64,000 bases of DNA, taken from NCBI GenBank assembly GCA_024137785.1, contig JAHRHZ010000051.1, forward strand, positions 12,012,824 through 12,076,823, given 5' to 3'. The translations under genes and the position numbers were made by a program. This DNA comes from Ginglymostoma cirratum. Taxonomy: Eukaryota. Below the pieces are notes generated by a model. The model worked only from the letters and a program-made list of their open reading frames with translations, did no database searches and was not told the origin of the DNA. Each line of letters starts with the position of its first letter. The first letter of the stretch is position 1. Below are positions 13,381 through 25,690 of this stretch, piece after piece.

Positions 13381-14280
13381 TAGAGTCATACAGTAGATAG
13401 AGATAGAGATACATAGCATGGAAACAGAACCTTCAGTCCAACTCATCCATGCCAATCAGATATCCTATATAAATCTAGTCCCATTTGCCAGGGCCCTATT
13501 TTGACCCATATCCCTCTAAACTCTTCCTATACATATACCAATCCAGATGCCTTTTAAATGTTGTAATCGTACCCACCTCCACCACTTCTTCTGGAAGCTC
13601 ATCCCATACACGCACCACCCTCTGCATGCTTTGTTCCCTTCTATATCATTCCCCTCTCACCTTAAAGCTATGCTTCTAGTTTTGGACTCCCCAACCTTGG
13701 GGAAAAGACCTTGGCTAATCACCCAATTCAAGCCCATCACGATTTTATAAACCTCTATTTCACCTCTCAGCATCCGATACTCCAGGGAAAATAATGTCAG
13801 CCTATTCAGCCTCTCCCAATAGCTCAAACCCTCCAATCCTGGCAACATCCTTATAGATCTTTTCTGAGCTCTTTCTAATTTCACAACATCTTACCTACAG
13901 CAGGGAGACCAGAATTGCACACAACACTCCAGAAGTGGCCGAACCAATGTCCTGTACAACTGTAACATGACCTCCCAACTCCTATACTCAATGCCTTGGC
14001 TAAAAGAGGCAATCACACCAAATGCTTTCTACACTATCCTATCAGACTGCAACTCCACCTTAAAGGATCAATGAACCTGCACTGCAAGGTCTCTTCGTTC
14101 AGCAACACTCCCCAGGACCTTACCATTAAGTATATAAGTCCTGCTCTGATTTGCCTTTCTAAAATGCAACACTTCACATTTATCTAAATTAAACTCCATA
14201 TTCCACTCCTCGGCCTATTAACCCAACCGATCAAGATCCCATTGTACTCTGAGGTAACCTTCTTCACTGTCCACGACACT
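13381..14280 (-). mobile_element. CR1-clade LINE (HER1-like), 5'-truncated
   Basis: Minus ORF 13657-13884 KLERAQKRSIRMLPGLEGLSYWERLNRLTLFSLEYRMLRGEIEVYKIV is the CR1 ORF2 C-terminus; tail at 13381. Confidence 0.92.
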
Positions 14281-14938
14281 TCAGAATCATTTTCCAAGTG
14301 AGTCAGCCACTCTGTACTTCTAACAAAACTGTGGAAGCACCCAGATTATTGCACAAGGGATCTGGCAAACCGAAGAAGGATCATCTCAACATTGGAACTG
14401 GGAAGCAAAGACCACTGAACTGACTTTCCAGCTTTTTCTACCGTCACCAGTAATCTATTGTCCCTGCTTATTTGTGTACGTGTGTATATATAAAGAGTTT
14501 ATATGTCAATGGTTTATAATCTGTTTACTTGTAGTTATGGTCAAATTACTTGTAATAAATGGTAATTCTTGTTTAGTACAGAAATCTGATCGATCAGCCT
14601 TGGCCCGAATGCCACATAAATTAGGGTACTATGCGCACTTTTTTTAAAAAAACTTTAATATTTGGTATGACTCTTAGAGTAATGGGGCTTGCTTTACCTG
14701 TGAGATCCTAGTGGCTTATAATAAAAGATTATAGCTCTGAAGTGGCAAATGTGGACCCAGAGTCCATATTGATTTTGGATCTTGCCAGTTTTCAAAAATT
14801 GGTTTCGGCCACATACATGTTGTGATATATCTACGTTATGTGTTCATCCTTCTCATTTGAATCCAGCTTGACTCAAGATACTGGCTATTTGTCTCTCCTC
14901 TGTTGCTTCTTTTCATTCTAAAAATTGTGTAAGATATT

Positions 14939-15560
14939 GGCCCAAAATATCTGAAATGAGGCAATCATCACTGGTTTGCCATTCCATTGTTACGTTTTTA
15001 AATTTCAGAGGGAGCTCTGCATTTCTGGTGCTAGCCTCTTAATGGTGACTTCTCAAAAACGCACAGTCCATCACTGCTGCATAAGATTGTAGAGAATTCC
15101 AAGCCCCATCCTGTTTATAGCTCTAGCTGCTGTATTCCAGTAAGTGTAGGGTATAAATGTCCCAAGGCCACTTTGTAAGGGGAGAGAGAGAAGGTCACTG
15201 TGTAAGTTGGTATGGTGGATGAGGAAGTAGGGCAGGAAGTGGGTGAGGGGTGTTCGGGTAGTATGTGGATTGGTGAGGTAGTATTTGAGGTTGGGAAGCT
15301 AACTGGATGGCTGGTTCAAAGGAATGGTTGGGGAAGTGGTGGAAGGTCAGTGGGACGACGTGTTACCCATGTCAAACACTTCTTGGGTAAACGAGCTCTC
15401 TAATGTTAAGTCAGTGCTGGAGATGTTTTCGGAGGCATCCAGACAGAGTAAATCGCCCATCGGAAATTTAAATTCCCAGGCAATTCCTGCACTGGAACTT
15501 GTGAGAGATCCAGATGTACATCTTTAGGGGTATCTATCTGGAAACCAGAAAATCTGAGCC
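14939..15560. mobile_element. Possible old MITE-like DNA element
   Basis: Degenerate terminal inverted repeats ggcccaaaatatctg / cagaaaatctgagcc (11/15 match); weak support. Confidence 0.25.
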
Positions 15561-15911
15561 CTGGTTTCCACAGGCGATAGTAGATGCAGCTTGCCTGATG
15601 GTAACAAAGGGAACTGCCCTATGGCACTGCCACGCACCAGTGGTATCTGCTGTGGCGCATTAATAGTGATGCAGACTGACCCTATGCTGTGACTGAGGCT
15701 TCAGTCAGGATGGACAAATCAGAGGTGGGGGGGTCAGACAGACATACAAATTAGGAGAAGCAGGCTATACGGCCCTTGTTTCTCAAAGGTTAAGGGTTGC
15801 TTGGAGTATGGGTAGCAACAGACGTGCGAAGCACACACTCAGCTTGACAGGGCACTGATACAGCATCTCCTGTGCTGTGAAGATGACAGGAAGCTGACTC
15901 ATATTTAATAG

Positions 15912-16386
15912 CACAGCAAAATTTTTATTAACTGGTACCTATGGGACCAGAAATGCGCTGGATGATCAATTATTCTGGATAATCAAGAGGTCCACATAAT
16001 CAATGGAAAAACACACTCAGGAAAAGAAACAGAACGCAGGGGGTACACACAACACTGTCATACTTTATTTACAGCACAAATCACTTAAATAATAATGAAG
16101 CTTTGCCTTAAATAAAACTTACCGGCAGAGAGCCTTCTCATTTGCACCCTCAACTGACTGCTCGGACATCACGGTAAGTTGCAGTATTTGAGGAGAAATT
16201 GACTTGAAATTGAATCAACTGTTGACATTTCATGTGGCCATTAGATTGAACAAGTACATTTATATTGAATAAGTACATTTATATTGAGGTAAATAAATTT
16301 TATAAACTATGATAATGGACAGAGTAATACAGTAAACTTCATGGTGACTGAGGTATATAATTTTTGCCTGTTTATCAAACGTACTG
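15912..16386. mobile_element. Possible Tigger/Tc1-mariner-like DNA transposon remnant
   Basis: Start acagcaaaatttttattaactggtacctatgggac...ctggataatcaagagg resembles Tigger-type subterminal sequence; ends ...gtactg; recalled similarity only. Confidence 0.3.
16245..16287. repeat. 19-bp tandem duplication
   Basis: attgaacaagtacatttat attgaataagtacatttat attga. Confidence 0.85.
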
Positions 16387-16908
16387 ATTCATAAGGTATC
16401 AATGAAAACGAAGCTTGCTGCACTTAAAATTCTTGCACAGTCCATGTTTAAAAAAAGCAGTGAGTCCTTTTTTTGGAGAACCGGAGGGTATCTGTAAAAA
16501 CTTTCAAAAGGGAACAGAATAAATATTTGAAGGAGAAATTCAAAAGTACAGGAGAGTAAAACTATGTGGATGCCTCTTGCAATTAGCTTGTTTCTGTGGC
16601 GGTAGATTCTAAGCATTGAGAGGTAAATATTCTGTGAATCGTTGAAGGGAAACTGTAGAGTGGGTTGAAACTGATGAGCACAGCAATTCAAGTTTGTTAC
16701 AACTGCTAATTCTCTCTGTCCCATTGCATTCACTCACTCATTGTTAATAAGTCTGCGACCCACAAAACCATGTGACCAACAAAAAAATTCTCTTTCATAC
16801 TTAGAACATGCAGGTTCCTCTAGCTCATGTGAGGTCTGAGACCATTTTCGGAGGTACATTTGTGGTGATTAAGGGGAAGCAGCTAACAGAAGTGAAGCTT
16901 CCACATTA

Positions 16909-17041
16909 GTAAAGCAAAATACCATGGATGCTGGAGATCTGAAAGAGAGAGAGAGAAAATGTTGAAGAAACTCAGGTCTGGCAGAATCGGTGGAGAAAAA
17001 AACAAGCGTTAGCTCCTTGAGGCCGATGTGACTCTTCAAAA
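16909..17041 (-). mobile_element. Older PLE pLTR remnant (solo arm, decayed hammerhead)
   Basis: aaagcaaaataccatggatgctggagatctgaaa...gactcttcaaaa is the reverse complement of the family at 62651; its tail resembles that of the palindromic family. Confidence 0.6.
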
Positions 17042-17766
17042 TTTCAGATGTCTCGTGAGTTTTGTCACTTGTCATGTTGTTTGTGAGAAGATCCCAATTT
17101 TTGTTGCTTATTTTGTAAGATTCAAATGTAGGGTAATGTTCAACTAGATAGTGCCCTTGCAAAGACATTCAGCTGTTATTGTGCCACTCCCTACCAGACA
17201 GTATTGCCAGAGGACCTCTACTACATGGGCTGCAGGTGTTTAAGAAGGGAAATCACCTTCTCAGGACAACTAGAGGGGAATTTTTTTTTAAAAAAAAGGT
17301 TTGCTGCTGGTTTCCTTGAAGCAGCTAGCAACTCCCTAAACTGGAGTCAGTAAAGGCAGCAAAACTCAGTCAGATAGCTATGCTCACCATCATAGAGACA
17401 ATAGGTGCACCGTGGCAAGTTTAGATGCTGAATTTCTGGTGGTATCTCGTGACCCCTTCCATGCCACCACTGTCAAAAACAATTTATAAGCAATCCCACT
17501 AAGAACTAAACAGTGGTTGCAAGACAGATTGGATATTGGCGCCGATGCCTTCAGATTCTCGCCTGGCTTCTTGGTGCCTTATCTCGCTGAGATTAGTACC
17601 TCACGGATGACAACCACAATTTTAATATGCTTCTCACCAAAGAAACAATGTCTCCATTGGCTCAACTAGTACATCTAGCTATACGTTATAACATACTACC
17701 AATTCAACAAACTTCATGAGAGGGGGTTCGGCAGTTAAGAATTAGACAAAACCTAAAGCCTCCGAC

Positions 17767-18193
17767 TCAGCCTTGGCTCAGTGAGTTGCTTCCCAGTAAG
17801 TGGATTGTGGGTTTCTGTCCTACTGTATAGGCCTGAGCCCAAACATCCATGTTGACGCTCCCGGTGCAATACTGAGGGAGTGCTGCACCGTCAACGATGC
17901 TGCCATTCAGATGATGTGTTAAGATGAAGCACTGTCTATTCTCAGAGTTGGATGCAAAAGGTCTCATTCAGAAATGAGAAGGGGAGTTCTCCCTGGTCTG
18001 CTGGACAATATTTATCCCTTAACTAACATGACAAAAATCTACTTATCTGGCCATTGTGACATTGTTGTTTGTGGGAGCAGGCTGTGTGCAAATTGGCTGC
18101 TGTATTTTCTACAATACTGCACTTAAAGTATTTCATTGCTGGAAAGCTTTGGGATGCTCAGAGATCGTGACATGCACTATATAAATGCAAGTC
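17767..18193 (+). mobile_element. DeuSINE (SacSINE1/AmnSINE1-like), near full length
   Basis: tRNA-like head (ttggctcagtg), Deu domain (actgagggagtgctgcacc...ttgtgggagc...caaattggctgctg), tail cactatataaatgcaag. Confidence 0.8.
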
Positions 18194-20552
18194 ATTCATT
18201 TCTCTTAAACTGTCAGCCAGCACTGCAAAAATGCCGCCAGTGAAGTTTCAGGCTGCAAACTAATAATGGCTACAGAGTGGAGGGTTCAGAATTTCTGTTA
18301 TAACACACTGGTTTGCAAATGAGCCTAGTCACAAAAGCGCTGCTGCATAGTATAATGTCTTAACAATCATCTCTCAGAACTGCAGAAAGCTTGTGAGCAC
18401 AGAACAGCTCGTGCCTGGTTTCAAAATGCACCATAGAGCTGCGAAGTCACAGACATTCAAAAATCACACTGTACTCATAGTAAAAGGGCAAAAATAAAAA
18501 GGTGGTATTATTACCAGAAAGAAAGATGGATCTTTCTAGCCACTTCAAACCACTGTTTTCCGGGGCGGTTAAACCACATTCAACTTGATACTACACAAAT
18601 TAATCAGACCTTTACTTCCAAAATTCAGCCAAAGTTCATTCAACGATGTGGCTGCTTCAGACATTGTTTCAAATGTCTCCAGTAGACCATATATTCTGTT
18701 TTAATGCAACAACCTGAACATTTGGACTCAAAGAATATCCAATGATCCGGTCTAGATGAGCTATAAAAAGTGTAAATCAATGGTCCCCTTCTTTTGCATA
18801 CGTCTAAAGTTGCTGACACCAAGGGATAGATGCAAATATCCTGACTTGTAATTTAATCACCGATGAAGTAACAGCTCTTTCCAAACTTCCGGGCCAAGTT
18901 CAAAACGGCGAATGAGAGGTACAGACAAATCAGAGCTACCTGTTTCTCAGGTGAAATTGCCAGGGCTCAAAGATTGTGGCTTGCACAGCCCCAAAACAGA
19001 TTTTTGTCTATGTGATGAAATGCAGTCCATCCAAGGGAGTCACTCCTGGGCGATACTAAGCTGCCTGTAACCCATCAGTCTGATTACATCATTTACAGTC
19101 GCAAAGCTAACAGGCGCACTGTTTCTCAGTGCATCAGGCCAGTGCGGTTTCACAGTAACGCCACTATTGCGACTTGGTCACAACTTCATGGAGGTGGGAA
19201 GTTTTGCATTTCTGTGACATCGCTCACCAAGTCAACATGTTCGAAAACACCTCAAAGCCAGTGATGCATTCCCCAAGATGCGGTCACTATTGTAATGACC
19301 AGGAACCAGGATAGGCAAGCTGCACTCTCAGTGAAGCTCTATATAAACTGGCTTCTCCACTGAGGAACTATATGTCTTTACAAGGCTCCGATAAAAAAAA
19401 GGAAATCAGAATCGTGCTTACATTTCAAAAGGTCCACTACTTCTAAATTAGTCACCTTTCCTTTCTCTGCCCCGCAGGATGATGGAAGGACAGCCTTATC
19501 ACACGCAGGAATACTATCCAACCAATACTGAATTCCACCAGACAGACAATCACACCTCCTGACTCAGTATCAGCTTTGGAATAATGATTGCAGCGGGGTG
19601 GGGGGGACAGTTCAGACATACGCACCTCTCAAAATATTTTGTTTCTTGCAATTTAACACTCAACGTCATCTATCTTTGTCCTCATAGTCTAGGAGAAGTG
19701 CAGCAATGGTTTGAGGCCACTGGAGAAATCTGAAGCTCTCTTGTATTTTGTCTAATGGCAGAAACATAACAGAGCACTTCAATCAGATTTCACTTTCATT
19801 ATCTGCAAAATTGTAACAACTTCCTGCCAGATGAAATGGAACAAAAAAAAAACGATTTTGATTGGCCATTAATCAGGAAGCAACAACTAGAAAACAAAAA
19901 TCATCCAATGTTTGCAATTCTAAGAGAGTGCCACATCACTCAGACTGACTTCTGCCAAGCCAGTAGTACAGGTCACTTTCTGTGCATACCTAGTGCAGGT
20001 AATGATATCAATGAAGACCTGTGAATTAATTATCTGTATCCCAGCAGCATCAGAAAGAGTCTTCTTGGATCTTGGGAACGCTCCAGCTGGACAGCAGCAC
20101 AGGCACAATTTATGACTATATTCACACCTGAAATCGAAATTTGTTGGTGCATTAGAAGCATCGAGGGATACAGGACTACAGCAGTCAAGTGGATAGACAT
20201 TGAGCTTTAGACATTATCTTCCTAAATGGAGGAGCAGCTTCTAGGATCTGTTTGGTTTCCTCCTGCTTCTATTTCTTATGCTCAGCCTAATGCCGCAGTC
20301 AATGACAGTAATCTGAATAATCCACCCAGAACGTACTGAAGAGCCTGTGTTGAGTGCAGCACTGCAAAGTAATCTACAATGAGTATCACAGCTATGTGAT
20401 GCATCCATTCACTGTTGCCTGCAGTATACCATCCAGCATGCTCCCAAGTACCTGCACACTTTAAGCTCTGCAAAGGCTATCTTTGATGCACAGGATCTAG
20501 ATACCCAGGCAATGGGTGATGCCCCAACCTTTCAGTCACTAATATTTTTAAC

Positions 20553-20745
20553 AACAACTTGCATTTAACCATGAAAGAGTCCAAGGTGATTCATCGGAGT
20601 ATTATCAACAAAATGTGACAATCAGCCAAGCGAGGACAGTACCGGAATAGTCATGTTTAGAAGCAAAGGCATGGTTGAGGGCTTCAGCAGATGAACTGTG
20701 ACAGAGGTGGAATCAGGCAAGGTCATGGAAGGGGAATTGAGGGCT
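20553..20745 (-). mobile_element. L2-like 3' tail remnant
   Basis: aacaacttgcattt...ccaaggtgattcatcggagtattatcaacaaaatgtgac, antisense of the tail at 47050-47175. Confidence 0.55.
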
Positions 20746-20850
20746 GTTGGGGGACAGTGGTAGTGCCTATGCCTCCGTGCCAGGAGGCTTGGATTCAAGT
20801 CCCTCCTGCACCAGAGGTATGTAATACCATCTTCCAAATGGTATTACATG
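20746..20850 (+). mobile_element. Short tRNA-derived SINE
   Basis: ggggacagtggtagtgcc...ggattcaagtccctcctgcaccagaggtatgtaataccatc; A/B boxes; same family as 31402-31527. Confidence 0.7.
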
Positions 20851-21550
20851 TTCAGAGATATCTATGAAAGGGGAAGGAGGCTGACTGCATTTATACAGCA
20901 CGTTGTTAAAGGCTCATTTGCGATTCAAGCATTACACCAAGTCTGCAAACAGCCTGGCTTAGTTAGCAGTCACCACAGCAAGAAGGGTTGGGCAGACAGA
21001 GATATGTTTCAACCTCAACTTCCAGCTTGCAAATGACCCTACTCACTTGTGCCATGTGTATATTCGGCACTCTGCTTCATCCTTTATTTCCTCAGATCTA
21101 GATATCGTTTTGGTTGCAGTCAGGTCAGAGCCCAACACTGGCTTTTGCTCTGTAGTGCTAGCAAGGTACATCTGAACTGAGGAAGAGAGGGGTGCAATCG
21201 ATTGCTAAGGAACTGAGATGGTGTGTCATTTTCAGCAGGAGCAGCACGAGGCTTTCATGATTCAATCCCACACCTGAGTCACTTACCCTCCTGGTCTGTC
21301 TCCAACCTCTTCTGGAGGTCAAAAGAATACCTGTGATGGGGGCAAAAGCATTGACAAGCGGGAGTTGACTGCCTGTATTAAATCTTCCTCTGCAGCCACT
21401 GTGTATCTTCTTGAAGATAACTGGAAGTGAGCTTGCCAGATGAAGTAAATGCAGTTAACCCAATGCATCAGCCTGCAGGCAACAATGCTATTGGAGCCGG
21501 GCAATGCCAAACTATATGAAACTTTCAGTTGTGCGCAGACATGCAACAAA

Positions 21551-21667
21551 CTAGGCTTGAAACGTCAGCCTTCCTGCTCCTCTGATGTTGCTTGGCCTGC
21601 TGTGTTCATCCAGCCGTACACCTTGTTATCTCGGATTCTCCAGCATCTGCAGTTCCTACTATCTCTG
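21551..21667 (+). mobile_element. Solo arm of the palindromic PLE family, 5'-truncated inside hammerhead stem II
   Basis: ctaggcttgaaacgtcagccttcctgctcc...gttatctc followed by the tail ggattctccagcatctgcagttcctactatctct. Confidence 0.88.
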
Positions 21668-22729
21668 AGTAAAACAATATCTGGTTGAGCGACTGGGGTG
21701 TAAAGGGATTGTGCTTCTCACATGCATAGATAGTTCAAAAGTTCAACATTGCTTTCAGCCTGCATTGTCTTCCTAGAAGGCTGCTACTAAGTATGGCTTT
21801 GCTAACATCAGGGAGAAAATTAAAAGGTTCCATTAAAAATTGGGACTTAATTGCTTTATTTGTGAAACTACTGGTCCTGCAATTTTGCTTTTCTACTTTG
21901 CACAAAGGCGCTGGCTGCTTTCCACAATGACACAAATCCTTGATATGATTAAAATGGAAACTGGATGTGTTGGCACATCCTATTACTCCTCGGGAAAATA
22001 TGTTGACCATTCCTGGGAATAATTTAAAAGGATGACATAATTGGGATTGTTGCATTTGGCAAAATGTTAGTGAGCTTTAACAGGCCTTGTCACAATTAGA
22101 ATGAAATGCCAATTTAATTCTGTGTTCATCATCTAATTTTACTTTAAGAGAAAATCACAAAACACGTTAGCTAATTAGTTCTGATATCTATGATAATTAT
22201 AAAAAAAACCTCTGACAGAATAAATATATTTATAATTGGGCATTTTATTGAGGATAATGTTCAAACCTGTTCTAATATGCTCCCTTCAGTATGTTCAACA
22301 TGGATGTACAAATTTCGCTGCACTCTGTCAAATTGTCTGATGTGACGGTCATTGTTCTGAAGTTGACATTTCAGTAACTACACCATAGCATTGGGTAAGA
22401 ATATGGAAATTGTTGCTGCAGATTACAGTCACCATCACAAGAAGTTACAATCTGCACAGATAACCAGATTCAACAGTTATAAAGATAAAAGTGCACACAG
22501 AGGGGGTTTCAGGCCTATTGCATTTGTGTGACCTAAGTTAACTGGAATGTAGCTTTATATACCATTGAAATTAGGAGAACTTTCTGTTTGGTAAGTCTCA
22601 AATTCTTTAGAAAATATCTCAGGAAATAAAACACTTATTTAAATCATTAACAGTTATACACAATCAATAGAAAATTAATGCCTTTGGCACAAATTATAAT
22701 GCAGACAGTGTTAATTTTTAAAGATCCAG

Positions 22730-23450
22730 TTATATTCTTTGGGATGTGGGCATCCCTGGAGAGGCTGACAATTTTGATTGCACATCCTGAAGCCTTCCTG
22801 TTGAACTGTAGCAGTCCTCTCATAATGCTGTCAGGCAAGGAGTTCCAGAACCATGAGCTAGTGAGGAGAAAGAAATAAACATCGCATGCTCAAGTCGGGA
22901 TGGTGCATTCGACTTAAAAGGAGACGGATGCGCACTGATCGAGATGACAACTTAGGTCTTACTTTAAGCTTCTGAAGCCCTGTGACAACTGCACACATCC
23001 TAGCATGTGCGCAGTATCTCCATTTGACTCCTGACATACCTCTTCAGGGGCTAGGAAAGGCCGTGCACACTCAGGAGGTCAGCTAGTCACCGTTCAATAC
23101 TTAGATCCGAATCTGTTCTTGCAGCCATTGAAATGGTTATTTCAATAAAGGAGGCAGTCAATGGGGTATACCACCCCAGACTGTAACAGTCTTGATGATG
23201 GACGGTAATACCACTGAATTTCAATCGGGGTGATCAGATTGAATCTTATTGGCAACAGTCACAGCTTGGGTTCTCTTTTGAGCATTTCTCAGACCCAGCC
23301 TGGATGCTGTCCATGTTTTGCAACATACCTCAAATTGTGAGAAATTGTCATCACTGCACGTTCATCAGTGGACAGCCCCGAGACCAAGTACTATCACTGT
23401 TCATTGATCGGATATTTTCATTCTGTTTGGATCCAGCTACTGTGTAGGAA
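22730..23450 (-). mobile_element. Old fragmented CR1-like LINE
   Basis: attctttgggatgtgggcatc...gccttcctgttgaactgtagcagtcc...ggagttccaga, with degenerate ORF2 antisense further right. Confidence 0.5.
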
Positions 23451-24487
23451 CTCCTTCTCTGTTCATGCAGGTATGGTTACTGTGTAGGAGTCTGATCCAA
23501 TTAACAATTCACTACAACACCATTTGTTGCCTTTGGACCAACCATCTTTCGCTTGCTGGTAGTAGACTCTGAAAAGTGACATCAACCATATTTTAAAAAG
23601 ATATCGACAGCCCATCCAGAGGAAAATGCATGGAAATTGCTGTGCAGTTCTTTCACAATGAAGCACACCTCACTGGAAGACCATGGCCACGTTCTCCTTT
23701 TCACAGCTAAGTGGTGTACCCTATAAAGAGAGATTATATTTATTTAACATGGAATTTAGTACTGTCACCACACATGCCACTGCACTGAACAATGCCTTTG
23801 ACAGGGCTGGAGAATTGGACTTGCTGGGTACTCTTTCGGGAGACGTACAAACACAATAGATTGAATACTGTCCTCTTGCACTCTAAACTGGTCATCATGA
23901 AATCTCCATTAGCATCAACTGCACACTGGTGCGAGAGAAAGGTGAAAGCTGTACTGCAATAGGAAGATCATTTGACTCCTTCGTCCAAATATCCTGATCA
24001 ACAAAATGCTTTTACAATCATTTGACCATTTCTGGTTTTACACAAGATCAGGCTTTAGAAGGAAGTGAAAAACACAATGTCAGTGAGGAACTGGGAATTC
24101 TAATTTTACATCACTAATAAGGAAGACTTTTGCTGCTCATTCATGAAAATGTCACTCAAAGCTTCCTACTTTGGGGAGTCAAGCGTGTTCAAATGCACTC
24201 AGTCGCTGCATGCTATATCTGTATGACTATAACATGCTATACTGCTGTATCCTCTATAGAGCTCTACGTAAAGTCAATGGTGCAGCAGTTCACTGCTCAG
24301 AATAATGTATGTATTATAGTGGTGAAGCTTGAATTTTTGAGCAAATTGAATGGAAGTTTGAATTTCATGTTCTGAATTCAGAAAAAAAAATCAATTCTTC
24401 AGCCATAAGTGCAACAATGTTATTTTTATGAGACAGTAAACATCACACCTATAAAGTCATTGAGCAAGTGAGAAATTTTTTTCTAAA

Positions 24488-24597
24488 ATTTGTTCGCTCG
24501 TAGGACATGGGTGTTGCTGGCTAGCGTTTCTTGCCTTTTCCTAGTTGCCCTTGAGAAAGTGGTGGTGAGCTGCCTTTTTGAACCGCTGCAGTCCACA
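24488..24597 (-). mobile_element. CR1-like 3' tail fragment
   Basis: cctagttgcccttgagaaagtggtggtgagctgcctttttgaaccgctgcagtcc matches 3308-3362. Confidence 0.8.
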
Positions 24598-25454
24598 CAT
24601 TTTATGAACGGGTTACACATTTCGATTGCCTATTCTTTGAGAGCACTACATCTGGATATTGCGGTCTCTTAGCCTGACTGCATGAAGAATGCTGCCCCTA
24701 AGTGGGTCAGGCAGACTTTTCTTTTGATGCTTGTAGAGCTTTCTGCGCATTCGTGGTCCTGTAGGTCAGGTTCACCCACCTTTACACGCAGTAGCTGTGG
24801 GGAGGGGTCCGTTTCTGTTGAGCAAGCCTGCAATAACAGCCTTAGCTTGTTTGGCTTTCACCCAGCTCTAATCAGAAAGATTGGGAAAAGACTGTGCAGC
24901 CCCCAGATATCTCAATGCTTCACAGCCTGTGAACTATCTGCACAGCCACCCAAGTTCCAAATACAGGACACAGAACTGGAAGATTCTGTAATGAGATATG
25001 CTTCCAATTACAGATCATTTTCTCCCCCAACATTTGTTGCTGATAGCTACTGATTGTGAGCCTAATTCAGGGAACAAGTGGAATCCAATTCGAACAGCAA
25101 TGAGTCGTGCAAACATTTTAACCTGAGGCCTGTGAGCAGGAAAAAGCCCAGCAGCTTTCCTAAGAGGGAAAGGCAGAAAGGGCCAGAATAGGCCCAAACA
25201 GCTGGGTTATTTTACCTAAAGAAAACCTTTCATTGTGAGGGTGGAGTGGAAAATGCTTCTGTAGGCTACAGATCCTGGCTCCACAAGGGAGACCCAGTCT
25301 TGTTTCTCACCACCTCCACTGCCAACAGGAAACAGGACCCAAAGATGATCCCAGAGTTCAACAGTAGTTTTTGGGGCCAAAATAGCCAGCTGGCAATTCT
25401 TATACAATTGCCTCGGTATACGGCATTGAAACTGGCTCAGCCAGTCCATACTGA

Positions 25455-25690
25455 CATGAGTGCATCATTCGAGCCTCCTGCCATCTTTGCTCATTTAAAT
25501 GTACCTTTGTAATCCTCTACTCCCTTTTCTCTTATCGTTGTCTAGCTTTGACTTAATTATAGCCGTGCTACTTACTTCACTCACTCTCTGTGACAGGGAG
25601 TTCACTCATCTCTGGGTGAAAAGGTTTTTTTCGAATTCACTTTTGGAATTCTTCGGTGACTACCTTATAAGGAAGGCCCCACCAGATATA
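25455..25690 (-). mobile_element. Old CR1-like 3' fragment
   Basis: catcattcgagcc...cactctctgtgacagggagttcactcatctctgggtgaaaagg, similar to 58520-58860. Confidence 0.5.

Larger units (their letters stand above)
12690..14722 (+). mobile_element. Possible solo-LTR-like element interrupted by a PLE hairpin (13128) and a CR1 (13381)
   Basis: Unassigned sequence on both sides of the two insertions; AATAAA near 14554 in a U3/R-like context; terminus ...gtggcttataa; family not verified. Confidence 0.3.
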
